Source: Patescibacteria group bacterium (GTDB lineage Bacteria; Patescibacteriota; Patescibacteriia; Buchananbacterales; UBA6539). Taken from it: 64,000 nt of DNA. Every line of letters starts with the position of its first letter. Position 1 is the first letter of the stretch. This document shows positions 48,140-57,237 of this stretch, one piece after another. The notes beneath the pieces are model-generated. The model saw only the letters and a program-made list of their open reading frames with translations, ran no database searches and was not told the origin of the DNA. The DNA lies in assembly GCA_041662625.1 (NCBI GenBank), contig JBAZSB010000001.1, positions 182,467-246,466 on the forward strand, in the 5' to 3' direction. The position numbers and the translations under genes are program-made.

Positions 48140-49539
48140 TCCGCTTTTCTCCTTTTTAATACTGCTAAAGGGGTTTTGAATAAAATTTGTAAATCTAAAC
48201 CTAAAGACCAGTTTTCAATATAAAAAGTATCTAATTTAATTTCTTCCTCAAAATTCAAATCAGACCGGCCGGAAATTTGAGCCAAGCCAGTAATGCCTGG
48301 TTTGATCGTTAGGACTTTTTTGTGATGGCGTTGGTACTTTTTGACTTCTTCGATTTCGTGAGGCCTTGGCCCGACTAAACTCATTTTACCAATTAAAACC
48401 AAAAATAACTCAGGTAGCTCATCGATACTGAAACGTCGGAGAAATTTCCCCACCCTAGTTACTCGTGGATCATTTTTGAATTTTATCATTGGTGAACCTT
48501 CCCTTAGATTTCTTTGCTTGGCCAAAAATTCGGGATCAAAGCGATAATGGTGAGCATCTTTGATCATTGAACGGAATTTAAAATAATTAAAAGGTTTGCC
48601 AAATTGGCCCATTCTTTTATAGCGGAAAAGTGTCGGTCCACTCGAATCTATTTTAATGGCTAAAGCGGTAATTAACATTATTGGACTAACTATAATAATT
48701 AAAATAATTGAACCAAAAATATCAAAAATTCTTTTATTAATTCGACCCCAGCCATCAAGCCGGGTTTTTTTTACTTCTACAATTGGCATGCCGGCATAGC
48801 TTGTCACCTCAATATTAGTTAACTGAGTTCCAAGTAAGTCGGCGGTGTATTTAAAATCCAAGTGATATTCGTTGATAAAGTTTATTAAATCAATTGTTTG
48901 TTCCGTATTGGCATTAGGATTAATCTCGATAATTTCATCAATAGCATTAGTTTCAGCCATTTGTTGGAGCTGACTAGCTGTTTGGTTATCAAAATTTAAA
49001 AATTGGGCCACTATTTTATAGCCTAAAGATTTGTGTTTGGTAAATTCTTCAGTCAGATCCTTGGCTACCTGGCTATTACCGATAATGGCAACCCGGTGAA
49101 CGCCAAAACCAAATTTGTAGGAAAATTTTTGACCCGTCCGAATAAAGATTCTTTCAATACTGACAAATATAATAGCCAAAAACCAGGTGGCTAAAATAAT
49201 AAACCGGGAATCAAATAAAAAGCGGGAAAATACCATCACCGCTAAAACTAAAGCCAATCCGGCCGAACAAGCCACAAAAATTCGTCCAAGTTCTTCCCGC
49301 AGTCTTTTAGTACCACCAATGGTATAAAGCCCGGCCAGGGCAAAAATTCCCAGCCAAAGCAAAGCAATTCCGACTACTAAGCTTATGTAGTTTTTAAAGG
49401 GTAAATCAAAAACGACCGGGCGGATATTTTGCACCATTGGTAAATAACGGATAGAATAAGCTCCTAGCGCGGCAAAAACCAAAGCCAGATAATCAAGTGG
49501 TGGTTTAACGGCAGTGAAAAGCAGCTCAGAACGTTTCAT
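48136..49539 (-). CDS. Polyprenyl-phosphate sugar-1-phosphate transferase (WcaJ/WbaP-like)
   Basis: KRIFDI, FKFRSM, DPRVTRVG, DELPEL, SLVGPRP, KPGITGLAQ. Confidence 0.92.
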   Translation of the reverse strand: MKRSELLFTAVKPPLDYLALVFAALGAYSIRYLPMVQNIRPVVFDLPFKNYISLVVGIALLWLGIFALAGLYTIGGTKRLREELGRIFVACSAGLALVLAVMVFSRFLFDSRFIILATWFLAIIFVSIERIFIRTGQKFSYKFGFGVHRVAIIGNSQVAKDLTEEFTKHKSLGYKIVAQFLNFDNQTASQLQQMAETNAIDEIIEINPNANTEQTIDLINFINEYHLDFKYTADLLGTQLTNIEVTSYAGMPIVEVKKTRLDGWGRINKRIFDIFGSIILIIIVSPIMLITALAIKIDSSGPTLFRYKRMGQFGKPFNYFKFRSMIKDAHHYRFDPEFLAKQRNLREGSPMIKFKNDPRVTRVGKFLRRFSIDELPELFLVLIGKMSLVGPRPHEIEEVKKYQRHHKKVLTIKPGITGLAQISGRSDLNFEEEIKLDTFYIENWSLGLDLQILFKTPLAVLKRRKAE

Positions 49540-49619
49540 CTCTTAGAATTTTTATAATAATATTTAAGTTTAATGCTTGAATTATCATAACAAAAATTAG
49601 GCCAAAAATCAACTCGATA

Positions 49620-49648
49620 TTGACAATATTTTGTTTTTATGCTAATCT
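49620..49648 (+). promoter_or_regulatory. Sigma-70 promoter of rnpB
   Basis: TTGACA-17 nt-TAATCT with TG extension. Confidence 0.7.
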
Positions 49649-49653
49649 ATACT

Positions 49654-50196
49654 TTGTCTGAGTAAACCAGATGGTCGCCCCCTACTTTCTATGTTTTATG
49701 GTTGTGTTATCAAGTTAGAATGTTTAGTAGCACTGATGTTCATGAAACATAGAAAGTGGGGGGAGGAAAGTCCGAACACCATAAAAATGGTAGTGGGTAA
49801 CACCCACCCTTTTACTGGTAACAGTAAAAGAGGACCAGTTCCACAGAGACTATACAAACCATTGCTTCGCGATGGAAGCACCAAATTAAAAATTTCAAAT
49901 TTCAAACAGCTTAAGTTTAGCATTTGGAACTTGTAATTTGATATTTGTAATTTCCACTGCGGAGCAGTGGTCAAACGTGAAAAGTGTGGTGGTGTAATAT
50001 GCTGAATACGGGATATCCCTTCAGCGTAATGCTTCGCCACTCGGCTCCTGGTGACAGGATGCTTGTGGTAAACTCTACCTGGTGCAATGCCAAATTAGGT
50101 AGGCAGCTTGAGTCTAATGGCAACATTAGACCTAGATAGATGATCATCCTCGGTGCAAACCGGGACAGAATTCGGCTTATAGGTTTATTTGGACAA
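49654..50196 (+). ncRNA. rnpB: RNase P RNA, expanded (~543 nt)
   Basis: GAGGAAAGTCCG (CR-I), ACAGAGA, GGTAAAC, AGATAGATG, ACAGAATTCGGCTTA (CR-V); P1 TTGTCTGAGTAAACC/GGTTTATTTGGACAA. Confidence 0.93.
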
Positions 50197-50248
50197 TAAA
50201 AAATACCTCTGAACGAGGCATTTTTTAGTTAACTAGCTGCAGCCAGTT

Positions 50249-50647
50249 TTAGGATGTCTCATCAATTGCTTGATTGACTAGCTTGTCCGCTAGCTTATTA
50301 TCTGTTCGGTAAATGTGAATATATTTTACTTTTTTAAAACCCATAGCTAAATTCCAGACTTTAACAAATAAACTGCCCAAGTCCTGATTTTTGACTTTAT
50401 ATTTTCCGGATAATTGCTGCTGGACTAATTCGCTGTCTAGAAAAACGTCAACTTCTTGTGCCCCTAATTCTTTGGCCTTTTCCAGACCTAAAATTACCGC
50501 CTGGTATTCAGCTTGGTTGTTGGTAGCTTTGCCGATATACTTTTTGAAAGTCAGCTGTTTATCGTCATATTTTAAAACCACGCCGATTCCGGCTGGCCCG
50601 GGATTGCCTCTTGCTCCTCCATCTGTATATAGTGTTACTTTTTCCAT
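50249..50647 (-). CDS. rnhA: Ribonuclease HI
   Basis: YTDGGARGNPGPAG, TNNQAEY, DSELV, NKLADKLVN. Confidence 0.93.
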   Translation of the reverse strand: MEKVTLYTDGGARGNPGPAGIGVVLKYDDKQLTFKKYIGKATNNQAEYQAVILGLEKAKELGAQEVDVFLDSELVQQQLSGKYKVKNQDLGSLFVKVWNLAMGFKKVKYIHIYRTDNKLADKLVNQAIDETS

Positions 50648-50694
50648 TTAATAATTATAGCAAAAATTTCAAGATAAAAAAAGCCGTTAGCGAG

Positions 50695-50892
50695 CTAACG
50701 GCGAACGACTGCTCCATCGACCCCATTGGGATACCACATATCCATAAGGCGATCAAACACCCACCTTACACGAAAAGAACGTGGATAATACCAACCTAAA
50801 CTGCGTTCAGCAGCATCCGCCGCCGAAGAACTCGTAGCCGATTCTCTAGGCCTTATCGATGACACACTACGTTGTCCCTTAGACTTGGACAT
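50695..50892 (-). CDS. Hypothetical small protein (65 aa)
   Basis: SD AAGGAGG before ATG 50892; promoter TTGACA-17-TAAGGT (50965-50993); terminator hairpin overlapping the stop. Confidence 0.55.
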   Translation of the reverse strand: MSKSKGQRSVSSIRPRESATSSSAADAAERSLGWYYPRSFRVRWVFDRLMDMWYPNGVDGAVVRR

Positions 50893-51034
50893 AACATCCT
50901 CCTTACTGGCTAAGCCACGAATCCACAATTTTGAATCACAATTCTCTGTTACCATTCCATATCAACCTTATCCCCTTCTTTTAGTTTTGTCAATCAGTTT
51001 TCACACCAAGAGTCAAAACAAAAACCAATGATTT

Positions 51035-51119
51035 TTTTGGTTGCTAGCGTATTTTAGAACGACGACAATGCCAGTCGGCGCGCACCGCCGTCGGTTTGGA
51101 TTGTGACTTTATTTATCAT
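51035..51119 (-). pseudogene. Frameshifted 5' fragment of an RNase HI gene
   Basis: MINKVTIQTDGGAR then, in another frame, PTGIVVVLKY; aligns with MEKVTLYTDGGAR(GNPG)PAGIGVVLKY. Confidence 0.75.
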
Positions 51120-51133
51120 AGTAAAACTTTTTA

Positions 51134-51205
51134 TTAAAACACTAAAACATTAAAACAAAATTTAAGATGAGATTGTTTTCATGTTTTTGTGCTTTAATGT
51201 TTTAA
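51134..51205. repeat. Octamer-periodic palindrome overlapping the recJ stop
   Basis: TTAAAACA CTAAAACA TTAAAACA / TGTTTTCA TGTTTTTG TGCTTTAA TGTTTTAA. Confidence 0.75.
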
Positions 51206-52917
51206 TGAATTTTCAAATCCACTATCTTCAACTGCAATTCTCTGTTTCCATTCCATTCATTGACATCAACTTCAAAAACCATATCAACTTTATCCCCTGT
51301 CTTTAGCTTAGCACACCAATCGCCGAAGCAGAAACCAATAGTTTTACGGATTATTGGCGTTGTGTGTTTTACCATTAAGCGCATATGCTTTCGATCTTGG
51401 CCCACAGTTTGGGCTTCAACCACCGTTAAATCAGAAGCTAAAAATATGGGTTTAGGGTTGCCTTCGCCATAAGGAATGAATTTTTCTAATTCATCAAATA
51501 ATTCCCAATTAACGTCTTCTAATTTTATCGTCAGATCTACTTTAAGTAGAGGGGTAATATCTTTTCCGGTCAATTCCGCTTTAGCCAATTCATTCATTTT
51601 GGCGATAAATTCTTCTAAACTTTCCTCATTTTTAATGGTAAAGCCGCAAGCTTGGGCATGACCGCCATAACGACTTAAGTATTTATTAGCTTTTTCAATC
51701 GCTTCAATAATATTAAATTCCGGAATGCTGCGGCCAGAGCCAATTATTTCGCCGTTATACTTGCTGATGACCAAACTGGGCCGGTGAAATTCATCAGTGA
51801 TACGACCGGCAACTAAACCAACAATTCCGGTCGGCCAATTTTGTCCAACAACTATTATTATTTTTTGTTCTTTGACCTCCCCGATCAAAGTTTTAGCTTC
51901 CCCGTTAATCTTCTCAGTTAGTTGCTGGCGCTCAATATTAGTTTGGTTAAGCTCTTTGGCTAATCTCTCGGCTTCTTTAAGATCGTCGATAATTAAAAGC
52001 TGATAAGCCGAACTAGCATGGTTGAGTCGGCCCGCCGCATTAAGCCGGGGGGCGATTTGCCAGCCGACTACCCTTTCATCGACTTGAGTCAAATTGCTGC
52101 TCATTAATTCAATCAATTTCAATAATCCTAATCTTTTAGTTTTTTGGAGGACAATTAAACCGTATTTGACTAAGACTCGATTTTCTCCCAGGATTGGCTG
52201 AAGATCAGCGATGGTGCCAATAGCCACTAAATCTAAAAGCCATTTTTCAAAACCTTCTTCCAACTGGTTAACTTTGAAATCTTTATGTTTTTGGATAATG
52301 GCTTGGGCGATTTTGAAAGCAACGCCTACCCCGGTTAAACCTTTAAACGGATATTTTTCTTTTTCTAAATTGGGATTAATGACCGCTAAGGCAGTTGGAA
52401 TTTCTAAAGGTTCATGATGATGGTCCGTTACAATCACGTCAACGCCTTTTTGATTTAATAAATCAATTTCTTTTTTGTTGGAGATGCCACAGTCAACAGT
52501 AATTAATAATTTTGTTCCCTTCCTAGCTAATTCTGTGGTTGCTTCTTCATTCAGACCATAGCCTTCGGTTTCCCGAAAAGGAATATAAATGTCAGCTTCA
52601 TTGCCCAGATTTTTTAAAAGTTCAACCATCAAGGCGCAGGCGGTTACGCCGTCAGCGTCATAATCACCATAAACAACAATTTTTTCTTTATTTTCCACCG
52701 CCAGCAAAATTCTTTCGACGGCTTTAGTCATTTCAGAAAATAAAAAAGGATCATGGAGATTTTCACCATAATCAGGATTTAAAAACTCATCGATTTTTTG
52801 TTGTGAATCAACACCCCGATTAAATAACAGCTGTAAAACAATCGGATTAATTTCGGGGAAATGGTCAAAATCCAACTTTGTTAGCGCTGGTCTTACCTCC
52901 CATTTTTTTTCAGGCAT
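51202..52917 (-). CDS. recJ: Single-stranded DNA exonuclease RecJ
   Basis: GDYDADG, TVDCGI, TDHH, PRLNAAGRL, GSGRS, GGHAQACG. Confidence 0.96.
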   Translation of the reverse strand: MPEKKWEVRPALTKLDFDHFPEINPIVLQLLFNRGVDSQQKIDEFLNPDYGENLHDPFLFSEMTKAVERILLAVENKEKIVVYGDYDADGVTACALMVELLKNLGNEADIYIPFRETEGYGLNEEATTELARKGTKLLITVDCGISNKKEIDLLNQKGVDVIVTDHHHEPLEIPTALAVINPNLEKEKYPFKGLTGVGVAFKIAQAIIQKHKDFKVNQLEEGFEKWLLDLVAIGTIADLQPILGENRVLVKYGLIVLQKTKRLGLLKLIELMSSNLTQVDERVVGWQIAPRLNAAGRLNHASSAYQLLIIDDLKEAERLAKELNQTNIERQQLTEKINGEAKTLIGEVKEQKIIIVVGQNWPTGIVGLVAGRITDEFHRPSLVISKYNGEIIGSGRSIPEFNIIEAIEKANKYLSRYGGHAQACGFTIKNEESLEEFIAKMNELAKAELTGKDITPLLKVDLTIKLEDVNWELFDELEKFIPYGEGNPKPIFLASDLTVVEAQTVGQDRKHMRLMVKHTTPIIRKTIGFCFGDWCAKLKTGDKVDMVFEVDVNEWNGNRELQLKIVDLKIH

Positions 52918-53067
52918 ATTCTAACTTAATAGTTCTTTCTCCTCCCAAAATTAGATACAGGATATTATTGTAACATTTTTCTGGTAAATGAGCAAAAAAA
53001 TGTCCAATTTCCCAAAAAATCAGAAAGATGTTAAACTATATTTAAATCTAAATCTTATTACATTTTT

Positions 53068-53172
53068 ATGGCTAAAAAACAAAAAAAATGGAAAAAGTTG
53101 GTTTGGCTATTCTTAGCCATTGCCACCATAATTTCGATGGTTATTTGGACCGTTGGGCCAATGTTTTATTAA
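53068..53172 (+). CDS. Small basic single-TM peptide (34 aa; DUF4044/Prli42-like pattern)
   Basis: MAKKQKKWKKLVWLFLAIATIISMVIWTVGPMFY, 15 nt upstream of the CBS gene. Confidence 0.6.
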   Translation: MAKKQKKWKKLVWLFLAIATIISMVIWTVGPMFY

Positions 53173-53187
53173 CTGTCATCTATTTTT

Positions 53188-53643
53188 ATGCAAATTAAGC
53201 AAGTAATGTATAAAAAAGTTCATACTATTTTGCCTAGTGCGGATTTAAAAACGGCAATGAAATTAATGATCAAAAAAAAGATCAGTGGTTTAGTGGTGGT
53301 TGATAAAGACAAAAATCTCTTGGGAATTCTTTCAGAAAAAGATATTTACCGCTCCTTTTATCCTTCTTATAGTGATTTTTATAGTAACCCCGAATCATTT
53401 ACTGATTTTGAAAGCCAGGAGCAAGATATTAAAAATAAATTGTTAAATCAAGTCCAGTCAGTGATGACTACTCCTGCTATTTCGGTTAAACCGACTGAGC
53501 AGGTAATGAAAATCGGTGCCATCATGCTGGCCAAAAATATCCACCGTATTCCTGTTGTTGATGAGAAAGAAAGATTGGTTGGGGTGGTAACGCGGGGCTG
53601 TATTTATAAAACTTTATTTAAAAAGTATTTGAAACTGAAATAA
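53188..53643 (+). CDS. CBS domain pair protein
   Basis: ISGLVVVD..LLGILSEKD; IHRIPVVD..LVGVVTR. Confidence 0.9.
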   Translation: MQIKQVMYKKVHTILPSADLKTAMKLMIKKKISGLVVVDKDKNLLGILSEKDIYRSFYPSYSDFYSNPESFTDFESQEQDIKNKLLNQVQSVMTTPAISVKPTEQVMKIGAIMLAKNIHRIPVVDEKERLVGVVTRGCIYKTLFKKYLKLK

Positions 53644-53670
53644 ATCGTTCGCTTTTACTGGATATTTTTA

Positions 53671-53699
53671 AAATAACCCCAAAGGCAGGGTTATTTTTT
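53671..53699. terminator. Bidirectional terminator between CBS gene and lepA
   Basis: AAAATAACCC-caaaggca-GGGTTATTTT. Confidence 0.65.
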
Positions 53700-53719
53700 G
53701 TATAATTTTAATACTACTT

Positions 53720-55495
53720 TTATTTTCTCAAAACTGCTAAAAAGGCTTCAGGGGGAATATCGACTTTACCGTGGCCGTGTTCCATCATTTTCTTTTTACC
53801 TTTTTTCTGCTTTTCTAGTAGTTTTCTTTTGCGGGTATAATCCCCGCCATAAAGTTTAGCTGTGACATCTTTGCGGAAAGCTGAAAGTCTTTCGGCAGCA
53901 ATCACTTTACCGCCGACTGCGGCTTGGATTTTAACAGCAAACATTTGTTTTGGTAAATTTTTTTTCAAAGACTCGACAATTTTTCGGCCAGCATAATATG
54001 CTTCATCTTTATAGACTAATGAGCCGAGGGCTTCAACTTTTTCTTCGGCGACCAAGATATCCAGTCGAATAATTTCAGTTGATTGGTAGCTAAAAAAATC
54101 ATAATTTAAAGAAGCATAACCAGAGGAAGCGCTTTTCAATTTATCATAAAAGTCAACCAGTAATGCCGTCAAAGGCATATGATAATGTAAAACAGCAATA
54201 TTTTCGTCTAGGTATTCCGTATTTAAATAAATACCTCTTTTACCTGACGCCAATTGCATTAAAGGCCCCAAATATTCCTTTGGGGAAAAAATATCAACTA
54301 GCATGATTGGTTCCAGAATTTTATCAATTGTTTCCTGATTAGGCAGCTCTTCCGGGCTATGAATCACTATTTCTTTGCCGTTTTTCAGTTTGATTTGATA
54401 AGCAACACTGGGGACAGTGACCACTAAATCTAAGTCGTATTCCCTTTTTAATCTTTCCTGGACTACTTCCAGATGCAAAAGACCCAAAAATCCACAGCGA
54501 AAACCAAAACCTAAAGCCGCTGAATTCTCCGGGTCATAACTTAAAGCCGCATCATTAAGCTTTAATTTTTCAATTGCTTCGCGCAAGCGTGGATATTGGT
54601 CCCCCACCTTACAAAAAAGGCCGGCAAAAACCATTGGTTTAACTTCTTTATAGCCTGGTAAAGGCTCAATTTTAGCCCCCTCTAAAGTAATCGTATCACC
54701 CACGCGGCAGTACTTTATTTCTTTTAGGCCGGTGACAATATAGCCAATTTCGCCTGACTGTAAATTAGCAGTTTTTTTTAATTTGGGGTTAAAATAGCCG
54801 ACTTCCAAGACTTCTGTAGTTTTAGTCGTTGATAAAAAATTAATTTTATCACCAGCTTTGACTTCGCCATCAACTACCCGAACTTCGGCAATAATACCGC
54901 GGTATTCGTCAAATTTTGAGTCAAAGATAAGCGCTCTGAGTGGTTTATGCTGACTTTGTTTGGGTGGGTTTACTCTAGCAATTACCGCTTGAATAACCTC
55001 TTCTACTCCTTGGCCGGTTTTGGCAGAAACTAGCAAGATTTCTTGGGATTGGCAACTCAGTAACTGACAAATTTCATGCTTGACCTTTTCGACTTCAGCA
55101 TTAGGTAAATCAATTTTATTAATGACTGGGATAATGGACAAGTCTTGTTCTAAAGCTAAATAAAGGTTGGCTACGGTTTGGGCTTGAACTCCTTGAGTGG
55201 CATCAACCAAAAGGATTGCGCCTTCAACTGCCGCCAGACTGCGAGAAACTTCATAACTGAAATCAACATGGCCGGGGGTGTCAATTAGATTCAATTCATA
55301 ATTTTTCCAGCTCATTCTTACCGGCTGTAATTTGATGGTAATTCCCCTTTCTCTTTCAATATCCATTTGATCCAAAATTTGCTCCTTCATTTCTCGTTTA
55401 GAAACAGTACCAGTTAATTCTAAAAGACGATCGGCCAAAGTTGATTTACCATGGTCAATATGAGCGATAATACAGAAATTACGAACGTTTTGCAT
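53720..55495 (-). CDS. lepA: Elongation factor 4
   Basis: AHIDHGKSTLADR, DTPGHVDF, NKID, GFRCGFLGLLH, RKDVTAKLYGGD. Confidence 0.97.
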   Translation of the reverse strand: MQNVRNFCIIAHIDHGKSTLADRLLELTGTVSKREMKEQILDQMDIERERGITIKLQPVRMSWKNYELNLIDTPGHVDFSYEVSRSLAAVEGAILLVDATQGVQAQTVANLYLALEQDLSIIPVINKIDLPNAEVEKVKHEICQLLSCQSQEILLVSAKTGQGVEEVIQAVIARVNPPKQSQHKPLRALIFDSKFDEYRGIIAEVRVVDGEVKAGDKINFLSTTKTTEVLEVGYFNPKLKKTANLQSGEIGYIVTGLKEIKYCRVGDTITLEGAKIEPLPGYKEVKPMVFAGLFCKVGDQYPRLREAIEKLKLNDAALSYDPENSAALGFGFRCGFLGLLHLEVVQERLKREYDLDLVVTVPSVAYQIKLKNGKEIVIHSPEELPNQETIDKILEPIMLVDIFSPKEYLGPLMQLASGKRGIYLNTEYLDENIAVLHYHMPLTALLVDFYDKLKSASSGYASLNYDFFSYQSTEIIRLDILVAEEKVEALGSLVYKDEAYYAGRKIVESLKKNLPKQMFAVKIQAAVGGKVIAAERLSAFRKDVTAKLYGGDYTRKRKLLEKQKKGKKKMMEHGHGKVDIPPEAFLAVLRK

Positions 55496-55540
55496 AGATA
55501 AAGATTAGGGTAAAACTTGAATTTTTGCAAGGAAACAAAA

Positions 55541-55612
55541 AATCAGGAATTATGAATTATGGATCGTGAATTAGGATTTGCCAGATTATTCATAATTCCT
55601 GATTCCTAATTC
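55541..55612. repeat. Heptamer-periodic palindrome just after murJ
   Basis: AATCAGG AATTATG AATTATG GATCGTG AATTAGG / CATAATT CCTGATT CCTAATT. Confidence 0.8.
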
Positions 55613-55615
55613 TAT

Positions 55616-57223
55616 TTAGGTCAATTTTTCTTTTTCCACTATTTCTTCAGCAATCACTGGCCGGCGGAAAAATCGCTTTTTAAAAACCGCCATAAACATA
55701 TTTAATTCCTCATTTTTCAAAACCCAACAAATCAGAAAATATATAGCTAGACCGCCCAGACTGGCAGCAATTGTCTGAGTGGCAACGCCAATAAAAGTTT
55801 GGAGTCCCATTATCTTTTCAATCGGATATTTGATTGCCTGAGCAGTTAGAGCCAGCATAAAAGTAGCAACCGAAATTTTAACAAAAGAAATGCTGATTTT
55901 TTCGCCGTCTAAGTTGCCCAAACGGTAATGCAGTAGAAGGACTAAAAGAATAAAATTTAAAATACTAGATAAAGAAAAGGCTAAGGCTAATCCACTCACA
56001 CCTAAGGGTTCAACCAGCATAACTGCCAAAATAACATTAGCTAAAGCCGAAAATAAACCAGCATAAAATGGCGTTTTACTATCCTGCTGGGCATAGAAAG
56101 CCCGGGCTAGAACTAAAATTAGAGACTGGGCAAATAAGCTTAAGGCAAATAATGACAAAGTCTCCAGAGTTAACACAGTATCTTCCCAATCAAATTTACC
56201 GCTCCCTAAGATTACCCGGACAATTTGAGCGCGTAAAATGACCAGTAAGGCTGAAGCCGGGATAATGAGAAACAGAATTTGTCTGATCGCCAAAGAAAGT
56301 GTTTGAATAAATTCCTTTTTCTTTTTGGCAAGTTCGGATAAAGTCGGAAAAGCGGCAATTGCAAAAGAAACGCCGAAAATACCTAAAGGAAAACTTTGAA
56401 TGTTATTGGCCAAATTAAAAATAGTAATACTACCAACAGCTAAGGTGGAACCGATAATTGTTACGACTAAAAAATTTATTTGACTGGCAACTAACCCCAG
56501 GGTCCTGGGTATCATCATTTTTATAATTTTAATTAATCCCGGGTGGGTCAAATTAAATACCCATTGGTAGTGGTAGCCGAGGGCGAAAACAGCAATAATT
56601 TGAATGATCATGTGAAAGAAAGCACCAAAAACTACTCCCCAGGCCAACCCAAAGATTCCAAGAGATGGAACAAAAAATAAAGCGCCAATAATAATGCCAA
56701 TATTATAAAGGATTGGGGCAAGAGAATAGATAAAAAATCTCTTGAATGATTGTAAAACACTACCAAAAATTCCCGAGATACCCAAAAGCAGCGGGCTTAA
56801 AAACATTATTTGGGTCATTAACGCCGTAGTTTCTAATTGGGCCGGACTAAAGCCAGGTGTAATCAATTTTACCAGCCAAGGAGCCAAAATTATTAATAAC
56901 CCAGAAATTAGAATCAGGCTGAAAAGCATCACGTTCAAAACGTCATTAAGCAATTCCCACGCCCTATCCTTTTTTGCTAGATAAGTAGTAAAGACCGGGA
57001 TGAAGCCGGCCGAAAGTGCTCCTAAGATTAATAAATTGAAAATCAGATCTGGGATTCGAAAAGCGGCATAATAAATATCTAGTTCTGTTCCCGCGCCAAA
57101 TTCACCCGCCAAAACTCGATCCCGCAGGATACCTAAAAGACGAGAAACTAAAGAAGTTGCTCCCAAAATTACAGCAGCCGAAGTAATGGTTTTTGATTCG
57201 CCATTAAATAATTTTTTTAGCAT
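55616..57223 (-). CDS. murJ: Lipid II flippase MurJ
   Basis: SRLLGILRD, AAFRIPD, GALSAGFIP, RAFYAQQDSKTP. Confidence 0.95.
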   Translation of the reverse strand: MLKKLFNGESKTITSAAVILGATSLVSRLLGILRDRVLAGEFGAGTELDIYYAAFRIPDLIFNLLILGALSAGFIPVFTTYLAKKDRAWELLNDVLNVMLFSLILISGLLIILAPWLVKLITPGFSPAQLETTALMTQIMFLSPLLLGISGIFGSVLQSFKRFFIYSLAPILYNIGIIIGALFFVPSLGIFGLAWGVVFGAFFHMIIQIIAVFALGYHYQWVFNLTHPGLIKIIKMMIPRTLGLVASQINFLVVTIIGSTLAVGSITIFNLANNIQSFPLGIFGVSFAIAAFPTLSELAKKKKEFIQTLSLAIRQILFLIIPASALLVILRAQIVRVILGSGKFDWEDTVLTLETLSLFALSLFAQSLILVLARAFYAQQDSKTPFYAGLFSALANVILAVMLVEPLGVSGLALAFSLSSILNFILLVLLLHYRLGNLDGEKISISFVKISVATFMLALTAQAIKYPIEKIMGLQTFIGVATQTIAASLGGLAIYFLICWVLKNEELNMFMAVFKKRFFRRPVIAEEIVEKEKLT

Positions 57224-57237
57224 AAATTTAGCTTAAT

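Noticed and set aside
49691-50040. ORFs of 81 and 114 aa in the ORF track
   Set aside because: Both lie inside the RNase P RNA gene.
50683-50702. GCCGTTAG-cgag-CTAACGGC shares the CCGTTAG core of the GIY-YIG repeats
   Set aside because: It is followed by a T7 tract on the minus strand at a gene end, so an ordinary terminator explains it; the match is only 7 bp.
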